Below are positions 19,225-29,095 of a DNA stretch of 64,000 nt, piece by piece; position 1 is the stretch's first letter, and every line of letters begins with the position of its first letter. The stretch comes from Candidatus Omnitrophota bacterium (lineage in GTDB: Bacteria > Omnitrophota > Gorgyraeia > Zapsychrales > Zapsychraceae), in assembly GCA_050250375.1 (NCBI GenBank), contig JBFWOS010000002.1, positions 901,149-965,148 of the forward strand. Direction: 5' to 3'. Under the pieces are notes generated by a model. The model ran no database searches, had not been told where the DNA came from, and worked only from the letters and a program-made list of their open reading frames with translations. Both the position numbers and the translations under genes were made by a program.

Positions 19225-20052
19225 TTATGGCCGTTTGGGAAATTTTGAAAAGTCGGGTTTGCGTTTTTCAACAAAAGCATTTCGTCCTTCTTGACCCTCT
19301 TCACTCATATAGAACAACATTGTTGCGTTTCCGGCTAATTCCTGCAACCCGGCCTGCCCGTCACAATCGGCATTTAACGCGGCCTTCAGACACCGGATGG
19401 CTAACGGGGAGTTGGCCAGAATTTCACGGCACCATTGAACGGTTTCTTCTTCCAGTTGCGGGTACGGCACCACTTTATTGACCAGCCCCATATCCAATGC
19501 TTGCTGCGCATTGTATTGCCGGCAAAGATACCATATTTCCCTCGCCTTTTTTTGTCCGACGATGCGGGCCATATAGCTGGCGCCGTATCCCCCGTCAAAA
19601 GAACCGACTTTCGGTCCGGTCTGCCCAAAAATAGCGTTGTCCGCCGCAATGGTCAGGTCACATAATAAATGAAGAATATGTCCGCCGCCGATCGCATATC
19701 CGGCGACCATGGCAAGGATGGGTTTGGGGCATGTCCGCATCTGGCGTTGAAAATCCAATACATTCAATCTGTTCGTGCCATCCGCGTCTTTATACCCGGC
19801 ATCACCCCGGATTTTCTGGTCTCCGCCTGAACAAAAAGCCTTTTCTCCTTCTCCAGTCAGGATCACCACACCAATAACTTTATCGTCCCTGGCGTCATTT
19901 AAAGCGCGGGACATTTCATGGATCGTCTGCGGACGAAACGCGTTTCGCACCTGCGGACGATTGATCGTAATTTTTGCGATTCCTTCCGCTTTATGATATT
20001 TGATATCCTCATATATTCCGCTTTCCTGCCATTTCACATTTGAGTTGCTCAT
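19225..20052 (-). CDS. menB: 1,4-dihydroxy-2-naphthoyl-CoA synthase
   Basis: [31 protein letters not shown]. Confidence 0.97.
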   Translation of the reverse strand: MSNSNVKWQESGIYEDIKYHKAEGIAKITINRPQVRNAFRPQTIHEMSRALNDARDDKVIGVVILTGEGEKAFCSGGDQKIRGDAGYKDADGTNRLNVLDFQRQMRTCPKPILAMVAGYAIGGGHILHLLCDLTIAADNAIFGQTGPKVGSFDGGYGASYMARIVGQKKAREIWYLCRQYNAQQALDMGLVNKVVPYPQLEEETVQWCREILANSPLAIRCLKAALNADCDGQAGLQELAGNATMLFYMSEEGQEGRNAFVEKRKPDFSKFPKRP

Positions 20053-21806
20053 ACGTCACCTCTGATTAATGCCTTGATATGCCGGCGCAATTGTTGTTGG
20101 AAATTAAAGTTTTCTTGTTTCTCCGTCAAAATTTCTATAATGACAGACTTTTGAGATTTTACTCCTTTTAAATACGCTGATTCAAATTCAGTCATGGAAT
20201 TCGGTCGATTATATTCAAGGTCAAACAATTCAGCTGCTTTTTGAAATGTCAGCCCGTGCGGTGTTTCGAAATATTTTTTATAAACTGCTCCCGATTTGGA
20301 GACAGGAAAAAATTCAAAAATCCCTCCCCCATCGTTATTTAAGAGCACAATGACCATCGGATTAATTAGATCTTTTAACATGGAGAGCGCGTTCAAATCA
20401 TATAAGAATGACAAGTCGCCGGCAATCAGCGTCGCCCTTTTATTTGTTCCTGCGGAATAACCCGCGGCACTTGCGATTGTCCCATCAATCCCGCTGGCTC
20501 CACGATTCGCCCCGACCGAAACCGAGCCCCCTGTATGATCAGCGAACATATCCAGTTCCCGGATCGGAAGACTGCTCGCCGCGTACAGAATATGGTTTGG
20601 TGGAATCAAACGTGTCACACTCCGACAAATGCCCGGTTCCGTGATTGTTTCGGACTGCGTCAGATGCTTGTCCAGATAAACCGAAACGGATTGATCTAGT
20701 TTTTTTAATTTAGGAAGGATTGAAGGATCGGCTTTCTTCTTAAGACCCGGCAAGACAGCCCGGCAAAAATCACCGGCATGGCACTGAACCCGATGGGTAA
20801 CGCCATGCTGCGGATCATTTCGCAAAGGATGATTCAAAACCATAAGATATGTCTTCGGTTGCGTTTTTTCTAAAAGCGTATAAAATCGCTTTGATGTTAT
20901 TCGACCGCCAAAATGCAAAACCGTATCAAAATTAAACTGCAAATGATCAACAATCTGATCGTAATTAAAAATAATATGGTTTGATCGCTGTCCCAACCTG
21001 AGTCCGGATGTAATATCAGGAAAGATCGGCCAGTTTAATTTTTCCGCCAGTTTTACAATCTGATCTCGAGAGGATTCATCCGGTAATTTACCCGTCACAA
21101 TTAAACCAGCGACTGAGAGATTAATCAGATCAGTCATTTTCCAAATTTGGTCCTTTGACAATTGCCCGGATGCCCGGACGTACTCTGTAAACGGCTTGCC
21201 TGATCGGGACCAAGAATTTAAAAGTTGTTTATACGCTTTGGGTACGGATTCTTTCGATTCTGTATATAGCGGCTCGCGAAACATACAATTTAAATGAACG
21301 GGTCCCGGCCACTCACCTTTCGATCTATGAACGGCCTGGTCAACTGTGCTCAAAATAAACGTCGGTTTAATCTGTTCAGCCGGCACAGTAATGTCAAAAT
21401 TCCACCGGACATACGACCCGAAAATATTCACCTGTTCAATGGTTTGATTGGCACCTGTATGCCGCAACTCGACCGGCCGATCGGCGGTTAAAATCACCAA
21501 CGGGAGCTTTTTCTTAGATGCCTCAACAACGGCGGGCAGCAGGTTGGCAACCGCCGTTCCGGATGTGGTAATTATAGCGGCACCACCTTTTTTAGCGGCC
21601 GCATATCCCATCGCATGGTAGGCAACTGCCCGCTCATCAAAATGAACGAAACTTTTAGCGCTTTTATTCCCGGAGACCGCAAGGGTTAGCGGGGCTGAGC
21701 GCGACCCCGGCGAAATACAAAAATAATCCACTCCAAGACGAATTAATTCCTCAATCATTAAATCTGCCCAATATTGTTGCACTGCACCTTCGGACGTTTT
21801 CTTCAT
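20049..21806 (-). CDS. menD: SEPHCHC synthase
   Basis: [51 protein letters not shown]. Confidence 0.96.
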   Translation of the reverse strand: MKKTSEGAVQQYWADLMIEELIRLGVDYFCISPGSRSAPLTLAVSGNKSAKSFVHFDERAVAYHAMGYAAAKKGGAAIITTSGTAVANLLPAVVEASKKKLPLVILTADRPVELRHTGANQTIEQVNIFGSYVRWNFDITVPAEQIKPTFILSTVDQAVHRSKGEWPGPVHLNCMFREPLYTESKESVPKAYKQLLNSWSRSGKPFTEYVRASGQLSKDQIWKMTDLINLSVAGLIVTGKLPDESSRDQIVKLAEKLNWPIFPDITSGLRLGQRSNHIIFNYDQIVDHLQFNFDTVLHFGGRITSKRFYTLLEKTQPKTYLMVLNHPLRNDPQHGVTHRVQCHAGDFCRAVLPGLKKKADPSILPKLKKLDQSVSVYLDKHLTQSETITEPGICRSVTRLIPPNHILYAASSLPIRELDMFADHTGGSVSVGANRGASGIDGTIASAAGYSAGTNKRATLIAGDLSFLYDLNALSMLKDLINPMVIVLLNNDGGGIFEFFPVSKSGAVYKKYFETPHGLTFQKAAELFDLEYNRPNSMTEFESAYLKGVKSQKSVIIEILTEKQENFNFQQQLRRHIKALIRGDV

Positions 21807-23179
21807 CGGTCAAAAACTTTCATAAATCGGCTGATTTTATTTTCAATCTCGTCCCATTCCTCTTGGGCCGTGGAGCCCCTGACGATACCGGCCCCGGCAA
21901 AAAGCGATAATTTGTCGTTATCAATCAATCCCGAACGGATGGCAACGGCGAATTCCATCTGGTCGTACCCGATGTAACCAACAGGTCCTGCGTACCAACC
22001 CCGGGCAAACGATTCGTTCTTTATCAAGGCGTCCACAATCCCTTCCTGCGGATATCCTGCGACGGCCGGAGTCGGATGAAGGCCCTTCAATACATCTTCC
22101 ATCCGGCAGCCCTGATTCATCACGCCTTCAAAACGTGTGATTAAATGCTGTCCGTTTTCAAGTTTAAGCAAATCCGCTTGCTGATCAAATTGATACCGGC
22201 TGCAGAAATTGTTCAGATTGGTTTTAATATACTCAACCACAAAGCTATGTTCACGTTGAAATTTGTCATCATGAAGCAATTTTCGTTCTTCCTGTTTTGT
22301 TTGGTCCGTTGAATTCCCCTTGGGGGTTGTTCCGGCAACCGCTTCCGTCCATAGATCGTTGTCGACTACTTTTATCAACCGTTCCGGCGTAGCCCCCAGA
22401 AACCCATGCTGTTTATCCGGCTGAAAACAAAAATGATAACAATTGGGGGTTTGCTCCTTCAAGAATTTAATCAGCGCGCTGGGTCTGATGCTGACATCAA
22501 ATTTAAAATCGGTTCGCCGAGCCAATACGATTTTACTCCAAGGCCCATTGAGGATATCCTCGAAGCTATTGTTCCATTGATTAAACGTCGGTTTGTCTTC
22601 GCGGGAAGTAATTCTCGGAACATCCCGGTAATTTGTCGTGGAAGAGAAATCGATTTTCTCCAGATCCCTCAAAATTCGATGAATGTGGTCGACAGAGATA
22701 TCATTGATCCCAATATTCACGGCAAAAGTATAATTCTGATCTTGCCGAATGATTTCGTACCGCGGGATCACCCAGCGATAACTTCCGTATAAATCCCACT
22801 CCTCACTCATCGAATTCACATCAAAACAAAATCCGCCGTAATAGCGCAGGTTCTGGTTATCCGAAGACAATTTCCGCTGAAGCTGAGCGAACACTTCGTG
22901 ATAATCAAAAACTCCCTGCCCGCTGATCGCATCGGCGATCAAAACACCGGCGACTTCAAACAAGCCTCCACGGTCGGACCAGTATAGTTTTTCATCGACC
23001 GATTGGTTATGCAGCCAGGTCAGTAAATCTAATTCTTCGCAGTCATATTCAAACCGGTAAACGGTTTCTAGAGTGCCGATCGCTGAAAGCATCCGCGGGA
23101 GTTGTTCAATCTGTTTCCGGATCTGTTCTTTTAGCCCTGACACTGGATGAATCTGGTTGCTTCGAAAAACGGTGATCAT
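21803..23179 (-). CDS. menF: Isochorismate synthase
   Basis: KIVLAR, GATPERL, AVAGT, LHPTPAVAG, RGWYAG, AVAIRS, AGAGIV.GS. Confidence 0.92.
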   Translation of the reverse strand: MITVFRSNQIHPVSGLKEQIRKQIEQLPRMLSAIGTLETVYRFEYDCEELDLLTWLHNQSVDEKLYWSDRGGLFEVAGVLIADAISGQGVFDYHEVFAQLQRKLSSDNQNLRYYGGFCFDVNSMSEEWDLYGSYRWVIPRYEIIRQDQNYTFAVNIGINDISVDHIHRILRDLEKIDFSSTTNYRDVPRITSREDKPTFNQWNNSFEDILNGPWSKIVLARRTDFKFDVSIRPSALIKFLKEQTPNCYHFCFQPDKQHGFLGATPERLIKVVDNDLWTEAVAGTTPKGNSTDQTKQEERKLLHDDKFQREHSFVVEYIKTNLNNFCSRYQFDQQADLLKLENGQHLITRFEGVMNQGCRMEDVLKGLHPTPAVAGYPQEGIVDALIKNESFARGWYAGPVGYIGYDQMEFAVAIRSGLIDNDKLSLFAGAGIVRGSTAQEEWDEIENKISRFMKVFDR

Positions 23180-23904
23180 GGTTTATCACCCTGATATATC
23201 GTTGCTGCACCGAAGAGAAGCGGATTGGCTTTAACACGGATATAGCCCGCCTTTTCCATCAAGGTACAAAAAGACTGGCCGTATGGAAATTGTTCAATTG
23301 TTTGATTGAGGTATTTGTAAGCTTTATATTGACCGCTGATGAGCCATCCGAGAAAAGGAACGACCGTCCGAAGATAAAATAAATGCAGAATCCGAATCAC
23401 TTTGTTTTCCGGTAGCGAAAATTCAAGGATAAGACTCCTCCCTTTGGGCCTCAAAACACGGTGCATTTCTCTGAGAACTGTTTCCGGCTTTTCAACATTC
23501 CGGATGCCAAAGGCGATCGTTGTACAGTCGAACGATTGCCCCGGAAACGGCAATTGGTTTGCGTCACCTGTTTTCAAGATAAGCTTATTCTCAAGGCCTT
23601 TTCGGATAATTTTTTTGCGGCCGATATCCAGCATTTTCGCCGCCATATCAACTCCGACGCCTTCCTGAATATTGGGCTGACTTTGAACAAGGGTGATCAG
23701 GACATCCGCGGTCCCAGTCGCGATGTCTAATATTTTAAGCCCCGTCTGCGCGGGGACAAATGCGGATAATTTCTTACGCCAGGAAATGTCCAAACCAAGT
23801 GATAACAAACGGTTAAGTAAATCATATTTCTCCGAAATACGATTAAACATTTTCCAGGAATCTGATTTTGAATGTGTGAGTTCCTGCTCGTTTCCCATGC
23901 TCAT
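23176..23904 (-). CDS. menG: Demethylmenaquinone methyltransferase (UbiE/MenG)
   Basis: MFNRI...YDLLN..LS.G, LDIATGTAD, IAFGIRNV, LEFS, Y.YL; exact start uncertain (23910/23904/23898). Confidence 0.93.
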   Translation of the reverse strand: MSMGNEQELTHSKSDSWKMFNRISEKYDLLNRLLSLGLDISWRKKLSAFVPAQTGLKILDIATGTADVLITLVQSQPNIQEGVGVDMAAKMLDIGRKKIIRKGLENKLILKTGDANQLPFPGQSFDCTTIAFGIRNVEKPETVLREMHRVLRPKGRSLILEFSLPENKVIRILHLFYLRTVVPFLGWLISGQYKAYKYLNQTIEQFPYGQSFCTLMEKAGYIRVKANPLLFGAATIYQGDKP

Positions 23905-24024
23905 GACCAAACCCGTAAACCTGTTGTTTTGTTAAATATGATAAAAAGAAGAAAGTTGCATACTAACATAAATCGATATTATTTTCAAAATGTTTTAATC
24001 ACAGAATTAATGAAAAGGACGGGA

Positions 24025-24963
24025 TTAGCCATGACCGGAAAGGAATTTTTCCGCTTCAAGCGCGGCCATACAACCTGTCCCGGCAGCGGTAATGGCCTGC
24101 CGGAATATCTTGTCCTGGACATCTCCGCAGGCAAAAACTCCCTTTACATTTGTCATGGTCGTTCCGGGATGTGTAACAATATATCCCGCTTCGTCGCAGG
24201 TGATTTGATCATTTAGGAATGCGGTGTTCGGAGTATGCCCGATAGCATAAAAGAGCCCTCCGGCCGGAACGATTGATTCCTGGTTGGTCTGATTGTTGAG
24301 CAGTTTTACTTGGGTTAACGCTTTCTCACCTAAAACTTCTATGAGCGTCGTATTCCACATTATCTCAATTTTCTTATTATCTCGAACCCGATTTTGCATA
24401 GCTTTGGATGCTCGCATCTGGTCCCGTCGGACACACATAATAACTTTACTGCCATATTTCGTCAGGTATGTCGCTTCTTCACAGGCCGTATCCCCACCGC
24501 CAATGACAAACAGAACTTTATTCCGGAAGACAGGCAACGCACCGTCACAGACCGCGCAGGCGGAGATTCCCTTTTGCCATAATTTATCTTCTCCCGGGAC
24601 ATGCATTCGTTTTGCTGTCGCACCTGTTGCAATAATTATTGATTTGGCTTCAATCTCTTTTGACCCGACAAATACCTTGAATGGATTTTTTCCTAACTCA
24701 ACCCTGTCAACCGTTAAGGTCTCGATTCGGGCACCACACTTGATCGATTGTTCCCTGAACCGAAGCATCAAATCCGGTCCGGAAATTCCTTCGGGAAAAC
24801 CCGGATAATTCTCAACTTCAGTGGTAGTTGTCAGTTGTCCGCCCGCGGCGACTCCTCCGGCTAACAACCCTTCAAACAATAAAGGATTTAATTGAGCCCG
24901 TCCCGAATAAATCGCGGCTGTATGCGCCGCCGGTCCAGATCCGATAATTATAATATTTTCCAT
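24025..24963 (-). CDS. trxB: Thioredoxin-disulfide reductase
   Basis: GSGPA, GGQL.TTTEVENYPGF, SACAVCDG, GGGD.A.EEA, GDVQD..RQAITAAG.GC. Confidence 0.96.
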   Translation of the reverse strand: MENIIIIGSGPAAHTAAIYSGRAQLNPLLFEGLLAGGVAAGGQLTTTTEVENYPGFPEGISGPDLMLRFREQSIKCGARIETLTVDRVELGKNPFKVFVGSKEIEAKSIIIATGATAKRMHVPGEDKLWQKGISACAVCDGALPVFRNKVLFVIGGGDTACEEATYLTKYGSKVIMCVRRDQMRASKAMQNRVRDNKKIEIMWNTTLIEVLGEKALTQVKLLNNQTNQESIVPAGGLFYAIGHTPNTAFLNDQITCDEAGYIVTHPGTTMTNVKGVFACGDVQDKIFRQAITAAGTGCMAALEAEKFLSGHG

Positions 24964-24964
24964 T

Positions 24965-25882
24965 TTAAATTTTATAACTGTCTAAAATTTTCAAACGGTC
25001 TTTGGGGGAAGCATTTTTTGTCTGTTCCTGGAGGATTGTGTCATAACATGGTTTGTCAGGATCGTGATAAAGCAGACCGAAATAGGTTCGATTTTCATTG
25101 GCTAATTTAAACGCATTAACCAGATCGCTGGGGTTATGCGGGACACATTCGGTTTTATCCGCAATCCGTTTATCCGGAGGAATTCCCTTGTCATGCGTCA
25201 AAAAAGAAAACCATGTAGTCGATTTATGGTCAAAGTTTAGCGGATCGAAATGCGGGCATCGTTGCGAAACATGGATAAATGAAAAGCCTTTGTGTGCATA
25301 AGCCGCTTCTAACGTACTTAAAAAATGATCAGGCATCCAGTCAGCCGTGTTGGCAACGAAAGACGCCCCGATACCAAGAACCAAACGCAAGGCCTTGATC
25401 GGCTCAAGATAAGAACCGGATGGTTGTGTGTTCGTTTTATGTCCTTTTCTGGTTGTTGGCGATGTTTGGCTTTTCGTCAAGGCATATAGCTCGTTATCGT
25501 ATAAAATAAAAACGCAGTTAAAATTCTTGTTTATACCGTGAATCAAGTGATTACCGCCAATACTGATGGCATCCCCATCCCCCGAATGGATAAACAGGTT
25601 AAGATCAGGCTTCGTCAGGGCCAACCCCAGTGCGACGGGAATAGCCCGCCCATGGATGGCATGCACCCCGTATGTATTGATATAAAACGGTGCCCGTCCG
25701 GAACATCCGATTCCCGAGATATTGACCGTGACTTGCGGTTCAACCTTCTGGTTAACCATAAACCTCTTTATTCCCATAATAATACTGAAATCCCCGCATC
25801 CGGCACACCAGCGTGGATTTTCTGTATTCAAATCCTTTACGGTGAGTGGATTACTGGCGGATTGTTCTGTCGCTGTTGTCAT
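24965..25882 (-). CDS. korB: 2-oxoacid:ferredoxin oxidoreductase beta subunit
   Basis: WCAGCGD, SGIGCS, HGRA, GDGD..SIGGNH, QTSPT, QRCP. Confidence 0.9.
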   Translation of the reverse strand: MTTATEQSASNPLTVKDLNTENPRWCAGCGDFSIIMGIKRFMVNQKVEPQVTVNISGIGCSGRAPFYINTYGVHAIHGRAIPVALGLALTKPDLNLFIHSGDGDAISIGGNHLIHGINKNFNCVFILYDNELYALTKSQTSPTTRKGHKTNTQPSGSYLEPIKALRLVLGIGASFVANTADWMPDHFLSTLEAAYAHKGFSFIHVSQRCPHFDPLNFDHKSTTWFSFLTHDKGIPPDKRIADKTECVPHNPSDLVNAFKLANENRTYFGLLYHDPDKPCYDTILQEQTKNASPKDRLKILDSYKI

Positions 25883-25893
25883 TTCTCAATCCT

Positions 25894-27714
25894 TTATGTC
25901 TTATTTAAAATCTCTTTAATGGCATTACTGATTGTTTTAGGAGCAATCGGCCGGCCGGTGGCCCGGCAAATCATTGCCGATACGTCTACCAATGTCTTTG
26001 AGCGTAAAAACATAGCCAGCGGCGTCGCTTTATATTCGTCACCGTAAGCTTGCTCAACCGTCACAACCTTCTTGAATCGTTTGAATATGTCGTTCATCAT
26101 AAGCGGCAATGGGTAAACAATTTTAAAACAAATCCCGCCCACTTTTAAACCTTCCTTCTGACAGGCCAAAACCGCCTCGGTGATGCTGCCCAATGTGCTA
26201 CCCCAACCGATAACCAGGATATCTCCCTGCGAACACTCACCGATGAACTCCGGTTCTTTTAAGGCCCGTCTAACCGTATGAACCTTTTCATTCCGCACCG
26301 TATGGGAACGCTGGTTGGTTTTGGCGAAATAATTAACCTTGCCGGTGTGATCCGTATTCAGACCGGTTACCCTCCGCATATGACCCGGCACACCCGGATT
26401 GGATTGGTCGGAACGAACCATTTCAATATTATCCGGCAGACGATTAATGGAAAAATGCCCGAGAATTTCATCCGTAATATCATCGACTTTATCCAACGCG
26501 TATGTTTTTGGTTTCGGGATAACCTTGTAACAGTTGGCCATTTGAAAGTCGCTCATGATAAATACCGGTAAACGTAATTTTTCGGCTAAGTACCTGGCCA
26601 CCTGTGGTGCATAAAAACAATCCTTGATATTACCAACGCTGATGACAATTTTCGTATTGTCCCCATGTGGGCCGTAAATCGCCGACAATAAATCTGATTG
26701 TTCGGTTTTCGTCGGCATCCCGGTGGACGGCCCTGACCGCTGTACGTCAATAATGATGATCGGAATTTCGGCCGCCGCCGCATACCCGATAAACTCCTGT
26801 TTTAAGGACAGCCCAGGACCGGATGTTGCTGTAATCGAAGGGGTTCCTCCATAATAAGATCCGATGGCTGTTCCAATGGCGGAAATTTCATCCTCGGCCT
26901 GATGAACCATGCCTCCATAAGAAGGAAAAACTTTGGCCAGTGTATGCAAAATGGAAGACGCTGGTGTAATCGGATAACCGGAAATCAATTTTATGCCAGC
27001 ATCAATAATTCCCATACTCAAAGCCGTGTTTCCGTCGATCAGGATCTTGTCATCTGTCCCATTTGAAGCGGATTTGATTTCGAATGAAAAATCCACATTA
27101 TTCTTGGCGAACTTATGCCCTTCCTGAAACAATAAAATATTTTTCGCCAGAATTTCTTCTTTCAGTTTTTTTCCAAATGTAAAATTAATCTCCTCGAGCA
27201 TTTTTTCTTCGGGGACATTGTAAAGCGCGCTGAGCATTCCCAGATAAAACATATTTTTTCCCTTGCCGGCGAGCTCTTTTAAAATACTTCTGGCTGTATC
27301 CGTTAGATCAAAGGGAAAGATAGTCAAACCCAGTTTGCTCGCTCTTTTACAGACCATCTCGTAAGATTCTTCATTGGCCGGTTTATCGCCCATATCAAGC
27401 AATACCCGACAACTTGGATTATGTTCTTCATCATCCAGGCGACGATCCAAAACAATTTCGTGCTGGGCAATAATAATATCGGTGTTGTTACCGATGTTCT
27501 CCAGATCAAAATCGGCAACCCGGATAATAATCCCGGACAAGGCCGGCCTTGAACGTGCAGGCGGAGAAATTTCAGCCGGAATCATCGGTTCGATAAACAC
27601 ATATTTTCCGGAATGGGCAAAGGCGCTGATCAGAATATCACCCGCTTTCTGGGCTCCAAAACCAGCATCCATTAATAGTTCAAAACGTTGAATGTGATAA
27701 GTTTCTTTAGACAT
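25894..27714 (-). CDS. korA: 2-oxoacid:ferredoxin oxidoreductase alpha (gamma-alpha fusion) subunit
   Basis: GYPITPAS, QAEDEI, TSGPG.SLK.E, QRSGPSTGMPTK.EQSD, GWGST. Confidence 0.9.
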   Translation of the reverse strand: MSKETYHIQRFELLMDAGFGAQKAGDILISAFAHSGKYVFIEPMIPAEISPPARSRPALSGIIIRVADFDLENIGNNTDIIIAQHEIVLDRRLDDEEHNPSCRVLLDMGDKPANEESYEMVCKRASKLGLTIFPFDLTDTARSILKELAGKGKNMFYLGMLSALYNVPEEKMLEEINFTFGKKLKEEILAKNILLFQEGHKFAKNNVDFSFEIKSASNGTDDKILIDGNTALSMGIIDAGIKLISGYPITPASSILHTLAKVFPSYGGMVHQAEDEISAIGTAIGSYYGGTPSITATSGPGLSLKQEFIGYAAAAEIPIIIIDVQRSGPSTGMPTKTEQSDLLSAIYGPHGDNTKIVISVGNIKDCFYAPQVARYLAEKLRLPVFIMSDFQMANCYKVIPKPKTYALDKVDDITDEILGHFSINRLPDNIEMVRSDQSNPGVPGHMRRVTGLNTDHTGKVNYFAKTNQRSHTVRNEKVHTVRRALKEPEFIGECSQGDILVIGWGSTLGSITEAVLACQKEGLKVGGICFKIVYPLPLMMNDIFKRFKKVVTVEQAYGDEYKATPLAMFLRSKTLVDVSAMICRATGRPIAPKTISNAIKEILNKT

Positions 27715-27830
27715 TTTTCCTCAAAAATTTAAAAGTTGTTGGAACTAAATATAGTTTTCACTATATCACCTTAATCTAGCGATTCAATAAAATTTTTATA
27801 ATATTAATATATATTTTATGCATAGATAGC

Positions 27831-28937
27831 TTACGCCTTACCTCGAAGCTGAGGCCGCAATTCAGCTAATCCTTTTATCAGGTTTTTACTGACTGAATCC
27901 GGATAGGAATGGCTTGCTTCAGTACTTTCAGACTCTAGAACCTCATTGATTGAAAAGTCCGATTTGATTGTAAAACCTGCATCTTTAATCATTTGTAACG
28001 TTCGTTTTCGTTCAGATCCTTTCATATTTAAATAACCATCCAAGAACAAGGAATCCGCGGCATAAAGCCCCATAACTTCCATACTTCTTAAGTGCATTTC
28101 CCGGCCGGCAGCCATTCGAATTTCGGCTTTCGGATTAATGAACCGGTACAGACATAAGACCCGCAAACAATACTCGGGGTTTAATGACGGTTTTTGGTCT
28201 AACTTGGCTCCTGGAATCGGCATTAAAAAATTTACCGGAATAGATTCAACTTTTAACTTATTTAAAGAATAGGCAACTTCAATTACATCCTGATGGATTT
28301 CATTCATACCAACAATAACCCCTGAACAAAGTTGGATACCGGCTAGGCGAGCCGCGCTCAAGGTCATTAATCTGTCCTGATATGTGTGTGTGGTACAAAT
28401 ATTCCCATAATGTTTTTCCGACGTGTTTAGATTATGATTCAACCGATCCAGTCCGGCCGCCTTGAGCGAGTTTGCTTTTTCCTGATCCAAAAGTCCGGTC
28501 GAAACACAAATTTCCAGAGAAGGAAATTGTCCTTTAATGGTTTTAATCAAATTTGATAAACGTTCCACTCGACCGGAGGATGGACCCCGTCCGGCAAAAA
28601 CCATACAATACCGGAACGCCCCTTTTTGATATGCATTTCTGGCTTCGGCAAGAAACTCTTCATCAGACTTTAAAGGATATTCTTCAATATCAGCCTTTGA
28701 CGATTTTGCCTGGGCGCAATAGTGACAGTCTTCCGGACAGAAACCATTCTGTCCGTTATTGATAATATGAATGGTTACGGATTTTCCACGGAATTTTTGC
28801 CTTACCGCGTAAGCCGCATTTAATAAAGGCAGTATTTCAACATTGGGCGATGTCAGGATTTCAACGGCCTGTTCATTCGTGATCAGGTCGCCCTGAATAC
28901 TCTGTTTCGCAAGTTGAAAATAGTCCTCTGGATTCAT
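27831..28937 (-). CDS. bioB: Biotin synthase
   Basis: CPEDCHYCAQ, NHNLNTS, CSG.I.GM, SIPVNFL, R.AAGRE. Confidence 0.95.
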   Translation of the reverse strand: MNPEDYFQLAKQSIQGDLITNEQAVEILTSPNVEILPLLNAAYAVRQKFRGKSVTIHIINNGQNGFCPEDCHYCAQAKSSKADIEEYPLKSDEEFLAEARNAYQKGAFRYCMVFAGRGPSSGRVERLSNLIKTIKGQFPSLEICVSTGLLDQEKANSLKAAGLDRLNHNLNTSEKHYGNICTTHTYQDRLMTLSAARLAGIQLCSGVIVGMNEIHQDVIEVAYSLNKLKVESIPVNFLMPIPGAKLDQKPSLNPEYCLRVLCLYRFINPKAEIRMAAGREMHLRSMEVMGLYAADSLFLDGYLNMKGSERKRTLQMIKDAGFTIKSDFSINEVLESESTEASHSYPDSVSKNLIKGLAELRPQLRGKA

Positions 28938-29095
28938 GAATATTCCCTTTCAAATAAACCGATATTTTAGTACAAAAAAATGAGGTTGGCAAGAAAACTA
29001 TGTTTTTGGAGGAAAAACATTAAAATGCACAAAAATGTGGCATTTTTATAAATATTAGGTATAATAGTACTAATTTAACACTTGGAGATTTTTAA

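Noticed and set aside
24293-26047. 171-aa and 169-aa plus-strand ORFs, and the many other short overlapping ORFs in the track
   Set aside because: Antisense or out-of-frame to well-supported genes (trxB, korAB and others); no independent coding evidence.
29000-29047. Inverted repeats ATGTTTTT-GGAGG-AAAAACAT and AAAATGC...GCATTTT between bioB and the 610-aa gene, as a BirA operator
   Set aside because: They do not match the TGTAAAC-N-GTTTACA-type BirA consensus and are low-complexity AT-rich; the function cannot be supported.
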